DNA from: a virus
Lineage: Duplodnaviria; Caudoviricetes
Direction: 5' to 3' (one strand)
DNA length: 35,920 bases
Virus record (IMG/VR): IMGVR_UViG_3300032301_000803
Location: 1-35,920 of that record
The notes under the pieces were generated by a model. It saw only the letters and a list, made by a program, of their open reading frames with translations. It was not told where the DNA came from and searched no databases. Position 1 is the first letter of the stretch, and each line of letters opens with the position of its first letter. This document shows, piece by piece, positions 24,142 to 33,822 of this stretch. The position numbers and the translations under genes are program-made.

Positions 24142-24674
24142 ACATTGGCGGGGAGGACTGGTTCAGCTTTCCCGATCTTTATCGGCGCCTAGTGGCCGAT
24201 TGCCCGATGGATGGAAAGATCGTGGAGGTGGGAAGCTGGAAGGGGAAGTCTACTGCGTTTTTGCTGGTAGAGGCTTGGAACAAATCGCCACGGATCGAGA
24301 TCTACGCTGTCGATACCTGGCTTGGTAGCGAGGAACACGCAGGCGAGGAGTGCATTAAGAACAGCACGCTCTACGAGGAGTTTTTAGCAAACGTAAAGCC
24401 AGTCTCTCGCCAGCTCGTTCCTTTGCGGATGACCAGTCTCAAGGGCGCTAACTTTTTTCCCGATCAATGCCTTGATTCCGTTTTTATTGACGCCGCTCAC
24501 GATTACGAAAACGTAAAAGCGGATATTGCTGCCTGGTTGCCCAAGGTAAAAAAAGGCGGGGTGATTGCTGGGCACGATTACATGTGCGGATGGCCAGGGG
24601 TAGATCGAGCCGTGGCAGAAGCGTTTAACTCTGTTGATTTTCAGCAAAACTGCTGGGTGAAAGTTTTGACATAA
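24120..24674 (+). CDS. Class I SAM-dependent methyltransferase (Methyltransf_24-like)
   Basis: VEVGSWKGKS, AVDTW, FIDAAHDYE.V..DI, GG.I.GHDY. Confidence 0.88.
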   Translation: MEKLQHLNIGGEDWFSFPDLYRRLVADCPMDGKIVEVGSWKGKSTAFLLVEAWNKSPRIEIYAVDTWLGSEEHAGEECIKNSTLYEEFLANVKPVSRQLVPLRMTSLKGANFFPDQCLDSVFIDAAHDYENVKADIAAWLPKVKKGGVIAGHDYMCGWPGVDRAVAEAFNSVDFQQNCWVKVLT

Positions 24675-24684
24675 GGCCAACGAC

Positions 24685-24993
24685 GTGACCGAAATTCAAA
24701 CCCTAATGACCGCAGGGGTGGCCGATATGATTGCGGCTATGCCGACGACCGCCACCATCTCCGGCCTCGCCGTCCGTGGCGTCTACACACCCAGCGAACA
24801 AACGGCAGAGCTGGGCATGGGCGGGTTCGTAAATCCACAGAATGCGGAGTTTGTTTGCCTGACGGCGGCCGTCAGCCTGCCCGCACTAATGACGATTGTG
24901 ACAGTGGGCGGATCACCCAAAAGACTTACTGGCGTACAATCCGACCAGGGCGTCACGACTCTTATCCTGGCAGATCCAGAGGATGTGCGATGA
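24685..24993 (+). CDS. Head-tail joining protein (gpFII-like)
   Basis: Beta-rich 102 aa, position in gene order, TTGACA 24666-24671 upstream. Confidence 0.6.
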   Translation: MTEIQTLMTAGVADMIAAMPTTATISGLAVRGVYTPSEQTAELGMGGFVNPQNAEFVCLTAAVSLPALMTIVTVGGSPKRLTGVQSDQGVTTLILADPEDVR

Positions 24994-25388
24994 GTTTAAG
25001 ACTCGCAGCGGAGGACGGCCTAGCCGCCTACCTATCCACAGCCAGTAAGCCAGCCGGGCTATACGTTCAAGCGGGGCACAGGATTGCGGAGTTACAGCTC
25101 CCAGCCTGCATTGTTCACGCAGAGTCTAGCGTGCCAGTAGTGGAAGGATCTTTAGCCACCACTCGCAAGGTGACTTTTACCTGTTCCATTATGACGCCGC
25201 TGGAAGTGGCTAGTACGGTGACGGCTCATAGAAATAATTTTGATTGGCTAAATACTAAGCTGACGGCCGTGACGACCATAGCCGGAGCCACTCTTATGGG
25301 CGGATACCTGGGCGAAGAAAGCACAGGCAGCAACGATAAGGTGATGGAGGATTCGGTGAAATTTACCGCCTTTGTCACGCCTAGTTGA
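24990..25388 (+). CDS. Tail terminator/completion-like protein
   Basis: ATGA overlap, LPACIV motif, position. Confidence 0.55.
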   Translation: MSLRLAAEDGLAAYLSTASKPAGLYVQAGHRIAELQLPACIVHAESSVPVVEGSLATTRKVTFTCSIMTPLEVASTVTAHRNNFDWLNTKLTAVTTIAGATLMGGYLGEESTGSNDKVMEDSVKFTAFVTPS

Positions 25389-25407
25389 CACGTAAGGAAA
25401 AAACAAT

Positions 25408-25674
25408 ATGGCGATGACATACGGAGTGACGGCTGGAATTTCCCAGAACATCAGCAACACGGACGAGTACGTCTACATCACGGGAACAGACGGCACCGTG
25501 GTAAAACACTTTAGGAAATATAAAAGGATTGAGACAGTCACAGAGACTTTGCCCGATACCTTTGCACACCCTAGCGTGTCTGGCCCTACGGCTTTCCGCC
25601 AAGAGTTACGTCTGTCCAATACGGATTTTGCCAGACTTACCAACACCGCCGTCACATTCAGCGCGATTGCTTAA
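25408..25674 (+). CDS. Small tail-tube-like protein A
   Basis: TTGACA 25385-25390 plus AAGGA SD, 88 aa beta-rich. Confidence 0.5.
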   Translation: MAMTYGVTAGISQNISNTDEYVYITGTDGTVVKHFRKYKRIETVTETLPDTFAHPSVSGPTAFRQELRLSNTDFARLTNTAVTFSAIA

Positions 25675-25686
25675 GGAAATAACAAT

Positions 25687-26007
25687 ATGCCATACAAAGG
25701 ATTTACAGGGGTAGCAACCGTCACCGGGATTGAGGAATACATTTCCATGAGCATCACTGGCGAGCAGACGGAGATCGTCATCGATCCCGGCACAGCCAAC
25801 ACCGCTCCCACAGTCACTACCTACTACAATCCTCGCTACAATGTGTCGATCGAGGGGATTAGCTCTGGCCTCTCCGTTCCTGCCACCTTTATTATTGGCA
25901 GCAATAGCTACGTAAAGACGGGCGAGTCCTACACAAGAACCGTTGGCGACGTGGTTAAAGTCAGCGTCACTGGCGTCTACAATCCAAACAGCTCGCTTGG
26001 GTCGTAA
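25687..26007 (+). CDS. Small tail-tube-like protein B
   Basis: Near-identical leader to A, 106 aa beta-rich. Confidence 0.55.
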   Translation: MPYKGFTGVATVTGIEEYISMSITGEQTEIVIDPGTANTAPTVTTYYNPRYNVSIEGISSGLSVPATFIIGSNSYVKTGESYTRTVGDVVKVSVTGVYNPNSSLGS

Positions 26008-26021
26008 TCGGTAAGGCGGCG

Positions 26022-26585
26022 ATGAATCGCCACTTTGCCGAATCATTTTTAAATCGCCAGGATCACCGCGTCCTGGGCTTGCCACTCCTGCCGCTTTCCT
26101 TGTGGCACATGTTTAATCTGGAAGTCGCTCAATCGCCCTACTTCATCGGAGGGTCGTTCCCATCGGCCAGAGATCTGCGCCTAGCCGTCAACATTTGCCG
26201 GACTCCTTTTCCCATTCTGCCAGATCTGTCCGATCGCCGGCTATGGCTGGATTGGATGAGGAGCTGGCAGTGCGAGTTCCTGATCGAGACGGCCAAGTTC
26301 CGCGCCTATCTGGACGATTTTAATGCGTTGCCACAGTTATGGCAGCCAGAGAAAAAGAGGGGCACCGGCCGAGAGGCCACGGGCTTGCCGTGGTCGCTGG
26401 CCATTGTGTCGGGCGTGTGTGGGGCGACCGGGTGGAACGAGGCAAAGGTATGGAACATGCCGATCGGGCAGGCGTACTGGTACCACGTAGCGTTCGCCAT
26501 GCAGAACGGCAGCAGCGTGGATCTGCTGAGTGAGGGCGAGCTGCTGGCGATTGAGGCCGTTCGTGCCAGAAGGGCAGGCAAGTGA
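26022..26585 (+). CDS. Putative tail assembly chaperone
   Basis: GWNEAKVWNMPIGQA resembles the GT-chaperone-type motif, upstream of tape measure. Confidence 0.55.
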   Translation: MNRHFAESFLNRQDHRVLGLPLLPLSLWHMFNLEVAQSPYFIGGSFPSARDLRLAVNICRTPFPILPDLSDRRLWLDWMRSWQCEFLIETAKFRAYLDDFNALPQLWQPEKKRGTGREATGLPWSLAIVSGVCGATGWNEAKVWNMPIGQAYWYHVAFAMQNGSSVDLLSEGELLAIEAVRARRAGK

Positions 26586-27427
26586 TTGAAAAAATCACAG
26601 TAGATGATCGCGAGCTGCAACGAGCCTTGCTGCGTTTTTATAAAACAAAGACACCAGCACAGGTGCTGCGAGCGCAGGCAAGGCTAATGGCCGTGAACCT
26701 TGCATTCCAGACTCAGCCATTTGGAGGATCTAAAGCAGTCGGGGGACAGCAAGACAGCGCTAAAGCACAAGGCGAGGGAGCAGTAACGCGGGATATTAGA
26801 AAGGTAATTCGCACGCCATCTGATGTTTATCAAGAAATAGAAAAGCAAGGGATAGGGGCAGGGCGTGCTTTTGTTGCTATGGTCAAGAAAGGCGACTTTG
26901 ACTTGGCTAAAAATCTGTTGATTCGACTTAGAGTGCCGGGACTTATGCAGGCGCAAGTTGGCGATATGAGCGGGATGTTTCATAAGTCAGCTCGCAAGCC
27001 GATACCCAAAAGACCAAGAATCGAGAAAAGGCAGGAGCCGTTATTGATCACAGATCAAAGGTCAAAATTAAAATTTTACGTCAAAGAAGTGCAGAAAAGA
27101 GTGGGCATAGCAAAAGGTGGATGGGCCGCATGTGCGGCGCAGCTAGGCGGAACGCAGGGCAGGATGGAGACAAACGTGGCCGGAGTTCAGCAGCAAGCAG
27201 TGCCCGCTTGGGTAAAAAGACATGCTGGCAATCGGGCCGCTGGAACTGTGGTCGATCAATCTGAAAACTTTTTAACCGGCACGATCAACATGATCAATCA
27301 TGTGCCTTGGGTAAGTAATTGCCTTTCAAATCAACAAGCCCAGCAGGCTATTGACATACAAGCTGAAAAGATGCGGCGGGCGTTGGATTACGCTTATCAG
27401 GCTGATCTAAAAGCCGTCGGATTCTAA
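26582..27427 (+). CDS. Basic tail completion/neck-like protein
   Basis: 281 aa basic ORF, VGIAKGGW motif, position. Confidence 0.55.
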   Translation: MIEKITVDDRELQRALLRFYKTKTPAQVLRAQARLMAVNLAFQTQPFGGSKAVGGQQDSAKAQGEGAVTRDIRKVIRTPSDVYQEIEKQGIGAGRAFVAMVKKGDFDLAKNLLIRLRVPGLMQAQVGDMSGMFHKSARKPIPKRPRIEKRQEPLLITDQRSKLKFYVKEVQKRVGIAKGGWAACAAQLGGTQGRMETNVAGVQQQAVPAWVKRHAGNRAAGTVVDQSENFLTGTINMINHVPWVSNCLSNQQAQQAIDIQAEKMRRALDYAYQADLKAVGF

Positions 27428-27434
27428 AACTACC

Positions 27435-28865
27435 ATGGCAAAACTAGCGATCGATGTGGTGCTGAACAAAGCCGCAGCTATGACAGGCTTGCGCGGCCTT
27501 GAGAAAGACGTCTCATCTTTTGGCAAGTCGATGCTAGGGATCGTCGGGATCGGCGGAGGGCTTGCTGGGCTAGTGGCTGGGATCGACAACATTCTGGCAA
27601 AGGCTGGCCAACTGCAGGACGTGTCCGACGCCTTTAATGTAAGTGCGGAAAGCATCCAGCGCCTCGCTAATGTAGGCGTCACCGCAAATCTATCTATTGA
27701 GGAAATTGGCAGTAAGCTGGGCAAATTAGGTAAAGCGGCTCAAGACGCTGCAAGCGGTAATACAAACCTTGCTAAAACATTTGAAAAAATAGGCGTTACA
27801 GGACAGCAGCTAGTCAGCCTGTCTCCAGAGCAATTATTTGATAAACTAAGGGAATCTGTCAGTAGTGGGGCACTAGCAGGCGAGGAGCTGAAGGTTGTAA
27901 ATGAGCTTCTTGCTAAAGATTATCAGAGATTTTTGCCGTTATTAAGAATGACGGCAGAGGAATACAAAAGCCTTGGCGCCGCTTCAGGGGTGCTGTCCGA
28001 TACTACCGTTTCCAATTTGGATGCGATGAATGTTAAGTGGCGTCAATTTCAAAACACAGTATCTACAGCTTTGGCATCAATCGCGAGCGGATTCTTAGAT
28101 CTCGGCACAGATATAAAAGAAAGCCCGCTGCAATCCACAGTAGATTTACTAACTGGCGACTACGACAAAATTGAAAAAAGAATTATTGAAAGAGAGAGAA
28201 AGCTAAAAGATGTCATACAAAAAGAAAGAACCCAGAGGGCTGGGCAACAAAAAACCGTAACAGACCAAGCCGAGCTGGATCGGGAAGATGTAAATGCCGT
28301 TAAGCAAAAAGTAAAACAAATCGATGCCGAGCTTGCGGCGATCGACAAGGCGTATCAAATGCTGGCAGACAGCGAGGAAGATCGGCGCAAACAGGACCTA
28401 GCCGACTTTAAGCAGGCTGAAAAAGAAAAGCGGGATTTACTGCAAAAGCGGGCAGAGCTGATTCCCACGCTCCAAGAACTTGAGGCAAGGAGAGCTGGCC
28501 CAGAGGCTGAGATGCGGTTACTTGAGGATAGGGCCAGGGAGGCAGCGGATAGGGCACGCACGTCTGGAACCATTGAGGATGTAACTGCTGCACAGCAACA
28601 AGCGCTCGAATTACAATCAGCAAAGGAAAACGTTTTAAGCCAGAGGGGATTTGGGGATCAGTCCGCCCAGCTCGCAAGGGCGCAAACTGAATCTATTGTT
28701 GGCAAGCTACAGTCTGCGTCCGAGTTGCAACAACAACTGCGTGACATTCCATCCAGCACGGAGGCACAACGCACGCAACCTGTGAGACTAGAAAACCCAC
28801 CCAACCTACAAGGCGTACTGGACAAGCTGGACAAGCTCATCGCCAACGCCGGGGTATTTAGCTAA
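27435..28865 (+). CDS. Tape measure protein (short, 476 aa)
   Basis: A/G-rich N-terminus, LQDVSDAFNVSAESIQRL, long coiled coil. Confidence 0.8.
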   Translation: MAKLAIDVVLNKAAAMTGLRGLEKDVSSFGKSMLGIVGIGGGLAGLVAGIDNILAKAGQLQDVSDAFNVSAESIQRLANVGVTANLSIEEIGSKLGKLGKAAQDAASGNTNLAKTFEKIGVTGQQLVSLSPEQLFDKLRESVSSGALAGEELKVVNELLAKDYQRFLPLLRMTAEEYKSLGAASGVLSDTTVSNLDAMNVKWRQFQNTVSTALASIASGFLDLGTDIKESPLQSTVDLLTGDYDKIEKRIIERERKLKDVIQKERTQRAGQQKTVTDQAELDREDVNAVKQKVKQIDAELAAIDKAYQMLADSEEDRRKQDLADFKQAEKEKRDLLQKRAELIPTLQELEARRAGPEAEMRLLEDRAREAADRARTSGTIEDVTAAQQQALELQSAKENVLSQRGFGDQSAQLARAQTESIVGKLQSASELQQQLRDIPSSTEAQRTQPVRLENPPNLQGVLDKLDKLIANAGVFS

Positions 28866-29656
28866 TGGCTAGGGGCAGCAGCTCAAGTGGCGGTGGTGGC
28901 ACATCTGTCAAAAACACTGGCATCGAAATGCTGGGTGGTGGCGGCAGCTTTCAATCCACCGGCAAGACCACCGTTAATAAAAAGTATTTTGTCACAGATT
29001 TCGCACAGCTAGAAACAGCGCCAAAAGTAGATGGCTATCAAGCTACCAACATTAGCTACACCAGAATAAACGACGCCGCCTACGAGCAGTCTGTCACCTA
29101 CGAGGCGATGACTGAAGGATCGAACAGCAACGCAGGCGGAGTTGTTTGGTTGCAGTCTGGTGTTAGGGGTACGTTTGAAATGTTCTGCTCATTTGAGAGT
29201 AAGCCGATCGAGCTTCATCCCCGCATCGATAAACTTTCTGTAGATTTCGGCGGGTACTTTACGCCAGATGGATTTGCAAAATGGCCCCCTACTTACACCC
29301 CGACATCAGGCGGAGGATTAGGATCTGGCAATACTGTTCCTAATCCTATGTTTGGTGTTACCCGCTACAAAGAGCCAACTCTAACCTTGCGTCACACCTA
29401 CTTTACTCAAAATGTAAATCCTAACATCTGGGATACTGCTGGTCGCGTGGTAGACAAAATGCCGGCAGGAATACCAATTCCAAAGGGCGAAAAAGATAAA
29501 GACGGAAAAGAAATTCCTCGGCGCTGGATGATGCAGGCCCCAGCCGTCAGCAGGCAGGGAGAAGCATGGCAAGTAGTTCACGAGTACGTCTTGCTAGATT
29601 CCAAAGGCGTGGCTGACGGAATGTACGAAAAGGGCACCGTACCAGGGGCCACATGA
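28865..29656 (+). CDS. Tail tip/distal tail protein
   Basis: Follows tape measure (TAATG), PIELHP and NPMFGV..Y motifs. Confidence 0.6.
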   Translation: MARGSSSSGGGGTSVKNTGIEMLGGGGSFQSTGKTTVNKKYFVTDFAQLETAPKVDGYQATNISYTRINDAAYEQSVTYEAMTEGSNSNAGGVVWLQSGVRGTFEMFCSFESKPIELHPRIDKLSVDFGGYFTPDGFAKWPPTYTPTSGGGLGSGNTVPNPMFGVTRYKEPTLTLRHTYFTQNVNPNIWDTAGRVVDKMPAGIPIPKGEKDKDGKEIPRRWMMQAPAVSRQGEAWQVVHEYVLLDSKGVADGMYEKGTVPGAT

Positions 29657-30243
29657 TCCCCAACGAGCTGAAGGCAGAATCAGGCGACAAGATCCTGCCT
29701 AAGTTCAAAAAGCTGGTCGCTTGGATCGACAGCCAGCGCCTCGTTTCCGTAGACGATCGGGTGGTGATTAACTCAACTCCTAACGGCTCTCTTGTTTCCA
29801 TGGTGGATCGGCCGCCAACGATTACTACCCCGCTACAAGCGCGATTTAACGGCACAAAGTTTTTCAGCATTAGCGAGGGCTACATCAACGGCAAGCTGCC
29901 GCAGATCAAGCCCAGCACAGGTCAACTGCAAGAGATCGTCAACCCAGACGGACTGTCAGCACCGCCAGCAAAACTACCGGCAGAACGCCCTGTTCTAGTC
30001 TGCGCCCTTGTTACATTTACCGAAACATTCACGCTTAAATCCAGCGAGATCGTTTGCAGAAAACCTAGTGAGATCCCACGCGCGGGCAGTGCAAATTACG
30101 CCGCAAAAGATAAAACCACCTCTGGCCTAATCCCTCTGGCTTACTTACGTAAAAATAACTTCATTCAATTCGTCACTCATAATCTGCAAGTGCGTGCCTA
30201 TCTTCATAACGGATCGCATCGCGTGATCTACTGGCCAGCGTGA
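29653..30243 (+). CDS. Tail structural protein (hypothetical)
   Basis: Coupled ORF in tail operon. Confidence 0.6.
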   Translation: MIPNELKAESGDKILPKFKKLVAWIDSQRLVSVDDRVVINSTPNGSLVSMVDRPPTITTPLQARFNGTKFFSISEGYINGKLPQIKPSTGQLQEIVNPDGLSAPPAKLPAERPVLVCALVTFTETFTLKSSEIVCRKPSEIPRAGSANYAAKDKTTSGLIPLAYLRKNNFIQFVTHNLQVRAYLHNGSHRVIYWPA

Positions 30244-31271
30244 AATATACAGCACGGCTATGGAATAAGCTGCTGCACAAGGTGGAGCAGTATCTGCCGA
30301 TAAAGTTTGATTACACTGCGGCCGGAAGTCGCCCGCATCCTTGGCAGATTCAGGCACAGTATTACACTGATCCAGTCACAAACCTTTCCTACTGGCGGGC
30401 GTCTTTATCACCAGGGCTGGTCAACGGATTACCCGCAAAAATTACCATGAAACTTTCCGATGCACCCGCAGAGGCAAAAGAACGTATCCGCCTGGAAAAC
30501 ATAAAGAACAAAAAGCCAGTAGCCAAAGGCACCGATCGCGTGGACGTCTATCTGGATGAGCAGGCCGCCGTAAAGCTATCGTTTCGCAAGATAGGATCTG
30601 ACGCCGATCCAGAGTCCATATCGGGTAACGCTGGAAGTGGCAACGTAACGGGCGTGTTTGAAAAAGTGCCAGACTTCTTTAAGAGGCTGGGGGTGTCCGA
30701 CGCCAATACAAACCTATTGGCTGAGAAACCTGAAACTAAGCGCCTGTTACTTGCTTGCGATATAGTCCTTAACCAGCCTCGCGTTTCGCTAACAAACTCA
30801 ATCTCTATCTCTGCCGCATCAATCGACACCACCCTAGTCAGCATTAACCCTGGGTTCCTATCGCCCACAGATCGCGAGGCGACTGTCACTGCGTTGCCCA
30901 AGTATATTGTTCCCATTGAAACCACTAACTTTGCCGATCTATTCTTTCAACGATTTGTCGACAGTTCGACAGATCGATTCCACTTAAGCACCGTCTATCT
31001 GCTGTCGCCAGTTCTGCCTTTGTTGAATGCGACGAATCTGTCTGGATGGCAGCCTTTTATAAAATACAACTGCCATCACAACCTAGTCCACGTCACTAAA
31101 CAGATTGAAAAGCGTGATGAGTTCGTCCCTTTGCGCCTAGTGCTCCCTTTTGCGGGCGGGGTAGCCCAGCCGATCTTTGACTATATCCTAGCGGAAAATA
31201 ACTTCTTCGCCCAGGCGGCTTTAGACTTCTACCAGCAACGCAACCTAGGCGGAAAGTTTTACGCAGCATGA
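30240..31271 (+). CDS. Tail structural protein (hypothetical)
   Basis: 343 aa, coupled ORF in tail operon. Confidence 0.6.
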   Translation: MKYTARLWNKLLHKVEQYLPIKFDYTAAGSRPHPWQIQAQYYTDPVTNLSYWRASLSPGLVNGLPAKITMKLSDAPAEAKERIRLENIKNKKPVAKGTDRVDVYLDEQAAVKLSFRKIGSDADPESISGNAGSGNVTGVFEKVPDFFKRLGVSDANTNLLAEKPETKRLLLACDIVLNQPRVSLTNSISISAASIDTTLVSINPGFLSPTDREATVTALPKYIVPIETTNFADLFFQRFVDSSTDRFHLSTVYLLSPVLPLLNATNLSGWQPFIKYNCHHNLVHVTKQIEKRDEFVPLRLVLPFAGGVAQPIFDYILAENNFFAQAALDFYQQRNLGGKFYAA

Positions 31272-31462
31272 GCCTAGACAAATCAGCCAAGCGTAGAAAA
31301 AAAATTATTGAGGAAAACCGCAGGCTCCGGAAGCTGGGTGTTTTGCAACTGACTGAGCCTGGGCCGTGGTACCCCATAGCCGAAACTGTGCAGTTTGATC
31401 CCGCCTTCTTTAAGGGCTTTACAGAGCAGGAGACAGGGATTGACACGCTTCCCGCAAAGTAA
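31268..31462 (+). CDS. Hypothetical protein
   Basis: 64 aa, ATGA overlap. Confidence 0.55.
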   Translation: MSLDKSAKRRKKIIEENRRLRKLGVLQLTEPGPWYPIAETVQFDPAFFKGFTEQETGIDTLPAK

Positions 31463-31464
31463 CC

Positions 31465-33822
31465 ATGGCCACACTCCTTTACGGTAATATCTCCAATAAA
31501 ACGGCCAGCTACACGATTGCGCCTGGTTCGATTACCCTGCCTACGGTCGTGCAGGGAGATACCTTTACGCTGGCAGTGCGATTGACTGAGACGTCTAACA
31601 ACACCACCACCGTCACCGCGCCTTCCATCTACTCTGCCCGTCTTAGCTACGGCCCGGTGGATGTGGCGCCTACGGCCGGCACGTTTAAAGTACGGGTTAA
31701 TGCGGTTACATCTAGCGCTATCACCCTAGGATCTACCGCAGCCAGCGTGGCCGCTGTATTAAACAGCATCTCGGCCGCTACCGGCTGGACTGTCAGTGAG
31801 GATCAAGGATCCTACATCGTCGGCAGGACGGCCAACTGGACGACTACTAGCGGCATAACCATTGTTGAAAACAATCTCACCCCGGAAAGCTTTGTCCGAG
31901 TGACTAGCTATTCCGCAAACAATACTTTCTACCAAGAGCTGCGACCAATGCAGTCGCCCCTAGCTTATACCAGTGCATTCGGGCTGATCGTTCCGCCAGC
32001 TCCTACAATCACCCGCGTGGTCACTGGCTACAGCGATCCGACCACGGGCGTGTTTGTGAATGAGGTTCAGCGGCTCTACATCCCGCCTGCGTTTGATACC
32101 ACTTATCAGATTTATCGCGGGACAGCTCGCACCGCCTTGTTAAGTAAGGACGACGGATCGACCGAGATTGAAGCCGCCCTCATGCAAGGCTGCGTCACCG
32201 TTGGGGCAGGGGAGATCTTCCTAGTTACCAACCCGCAAAACTACACCGCCGACATCGAGTTTGCCGGGGCTATGAGCGGGTCTACCCATAGTCTACTCAC
32301 CGTGGCTGTACCAATTTCGCCACAAGGCGACGTCACTTTTAATTTGGACTTAAACACGCAAGGCATGCTGGCCGCCTTGCGTGGCGACTTTGAAGTCACG
32401 CACCCGCTGACGTGCGAGATCGGAATTAACTACGGAACGGTAACCACGCCTAACGTGCAGTACGTGACCGTGTTTCAACAAAACCTAACCGTGCAGGCCG
32501 ACGGTGCGTGGACAGGGCTGGCAGCCGCACAGCGGATCGACTGGCTTAACCCGCCGCAGCCGGTCAACTATATCCCTTTTACGACAGACCAAGTCATCAC
32601 CGGCATTCAGAGCTTTACCGCAGTAGTAACTGGCAACGGCCCGTGGACGATTGCCCACAATCTTGGGACAGAGGCCATTCATGTAACTCTACGGGAAAAC
32701 ATTTCTAGCGGCTATATATTAGGGAACGAAAACGATTACACAGTCCAAACGGCAACAAGCCAAAGCGTGATCGTCGCAAAAGTATCGGGCACGGTTCCCA
32801 CCGCCGGCTGGGCCGTTATGATTTCCAGCGCAGGGCCGACAAGCGTGTTTCAGGCGCATACCCACACGATCGCACAGGTAGTAGATTTACAAAATACGCT
32901 GAACGCGATCGGTACTCGATTAAACACACTAGAAAATGTACTGCCTAATGGCGTGGGTATCATCAATCAGTCAGGTGTAAATACCACGCCACTTACTATG
33001 ACGATCCCGGCACGCTCTGAAGTGCTGTTTACGCAAGACATAGAAGGCGCTTGGGGCGATAACGGAATCGATCAGACAAAACTACCCATCCGTGGCCCTA
33101 GCCTCCTGCGCTCCTTTTCTGGCCTAGCAAATAACTCTAGCATTACGTCAGCGCCTACGGCCGCTGGCGCCTACATCTACTCAGGCGGGATCGAGCTGGC
33201 GCCCATGGGCTACATTCCCAGCGACACAGTACCGCCTGGCGGGATCGTGATTAACGACCAAGGCCGCATCTACCAAGGCCGTCAGGACGGAGACAACAAG
33301 ACTTACTACCCCATGCCTTACGAGGTGGAGCTTTTCCGCGTACCAGTTAATGCCAACCAATTTAGAGTCGGCCGCACGCTCGAAGTTAAGTTCGGCCTTA
33401 TTCTACAGATGCTTGCTAAGACAGACGCTCAGTGGCGTGTGGTTATTGATGCGGCCAATTTAAGTGAGGTAACTACACCCGCTACCCAAGGGATGAACAT
33501 ATCCAGCGCAGACTACAACCAGGACAAATTACTAGATCATCGGGTCATGCTTACACAGGCGCTGACGCCACACATTCTCGGCGTTCGTCTGACGCGGTCT
33601 TTAAGTGGTGAAAACATAGTTATTGCCGCAGATAAAAACCTTTATGGCACTTACGAGAGCACCATCGGTACGCCCGCCGGAGCCAGCTTTATTTTGCGAG
33701 CACGGCTGATGAATTTTGATATTGCGAACACTGCAGACGATGCCCGCGGATGGGTGGGTTACTCATTAAAAGGCGTTGAGAATGACACCATCGGCGGTGA
33801 AGTGAAGGTGATAATCTCGTGA
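31465..33822 (+). CDS. Large tail fibre/baseplate protein
   Basis: 785 aa T-rich beta protein, WTIAHNLGT and HTHTIAQVVDLQ fibre motifs, TTGACA 31440-31445 upstream. Confidence 0.75.
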   Translation: MATLLYGNISNKTASYTIAPGSITLPTVVQGDTFTLAVRLTETSNNTTTVTAPSIYSARLSYGPVDVAPTAGTFKVRVNAVTSSAITLGSTAASVAAVLNSISAATGWTVSEDQGSYIVGRTANWTTTSGITIVENNLTPESFVRVTSYSANNTFYQELRPMQSPLAYTSAFGLIVPPAPTITRVVTGYSDPTTGVFVNEVQRLYIPPAFDTTYQIYRGTARTALLSKDDGSTEIEAALMQGCVTVGAGEIFLVTNPQNYTADIEFAGAMSGSTHSLLTVAVPISPQGDVTFNLDLNTQGMLAALRGDFEVTHPLTCEIGINYGTVTTPNVQYVTVFQQNLTVQADGAWTGLAAAQRIDWLNPPQPVNYIPFTTDQVITGIQSFTAVVTGNGPWTIAHNLGTEAIHVTLRENISSGYILGNENDYTVQTATSQSVIVAKVSGTVPTAGWAVMISSAGPTSVFQAHTHTIAQVVDLQNTLNAIGTRLNTLENVLPNGVGIINQSGVNTTPLTMTIPARSEVLFTQDIEGAWGDNGIDQTKLPIRGPSLLRSFSGLANNSSITSAPTAAGAYIYSGGIELAPMGYIPSDTVPPGGIVINDQGRIYQGRQDGDNKTYYPMPYEVELFRVPVNANQFRVGRTLEVKFGLILQMLAKTDAQWRVVIDAANLSEVTTPATQGMNISSADYNQDKLLDHRVMLTQALTPHILGVRLTRSLSGENIVIAADKNLYGTYESTIGTPAGASFILRARLMNFDIANTADDARGWVGYSLKGVENDTIGGEVKVIIS

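Noticed and set aside
27351-27356. Eighth TTGACA
   Set aside because: Inside a CDS and 78 nt from the next start. It does not fit the 13-19 nt pattern, though a normal promoter for the tape measure cannot be excluded.
26022-27427. Programmed G/GT frameshift in tail chaperones
   Set aside because: No convincing slippery heptamer at the gene end, and the next gene has its own GTGA-coupled start.
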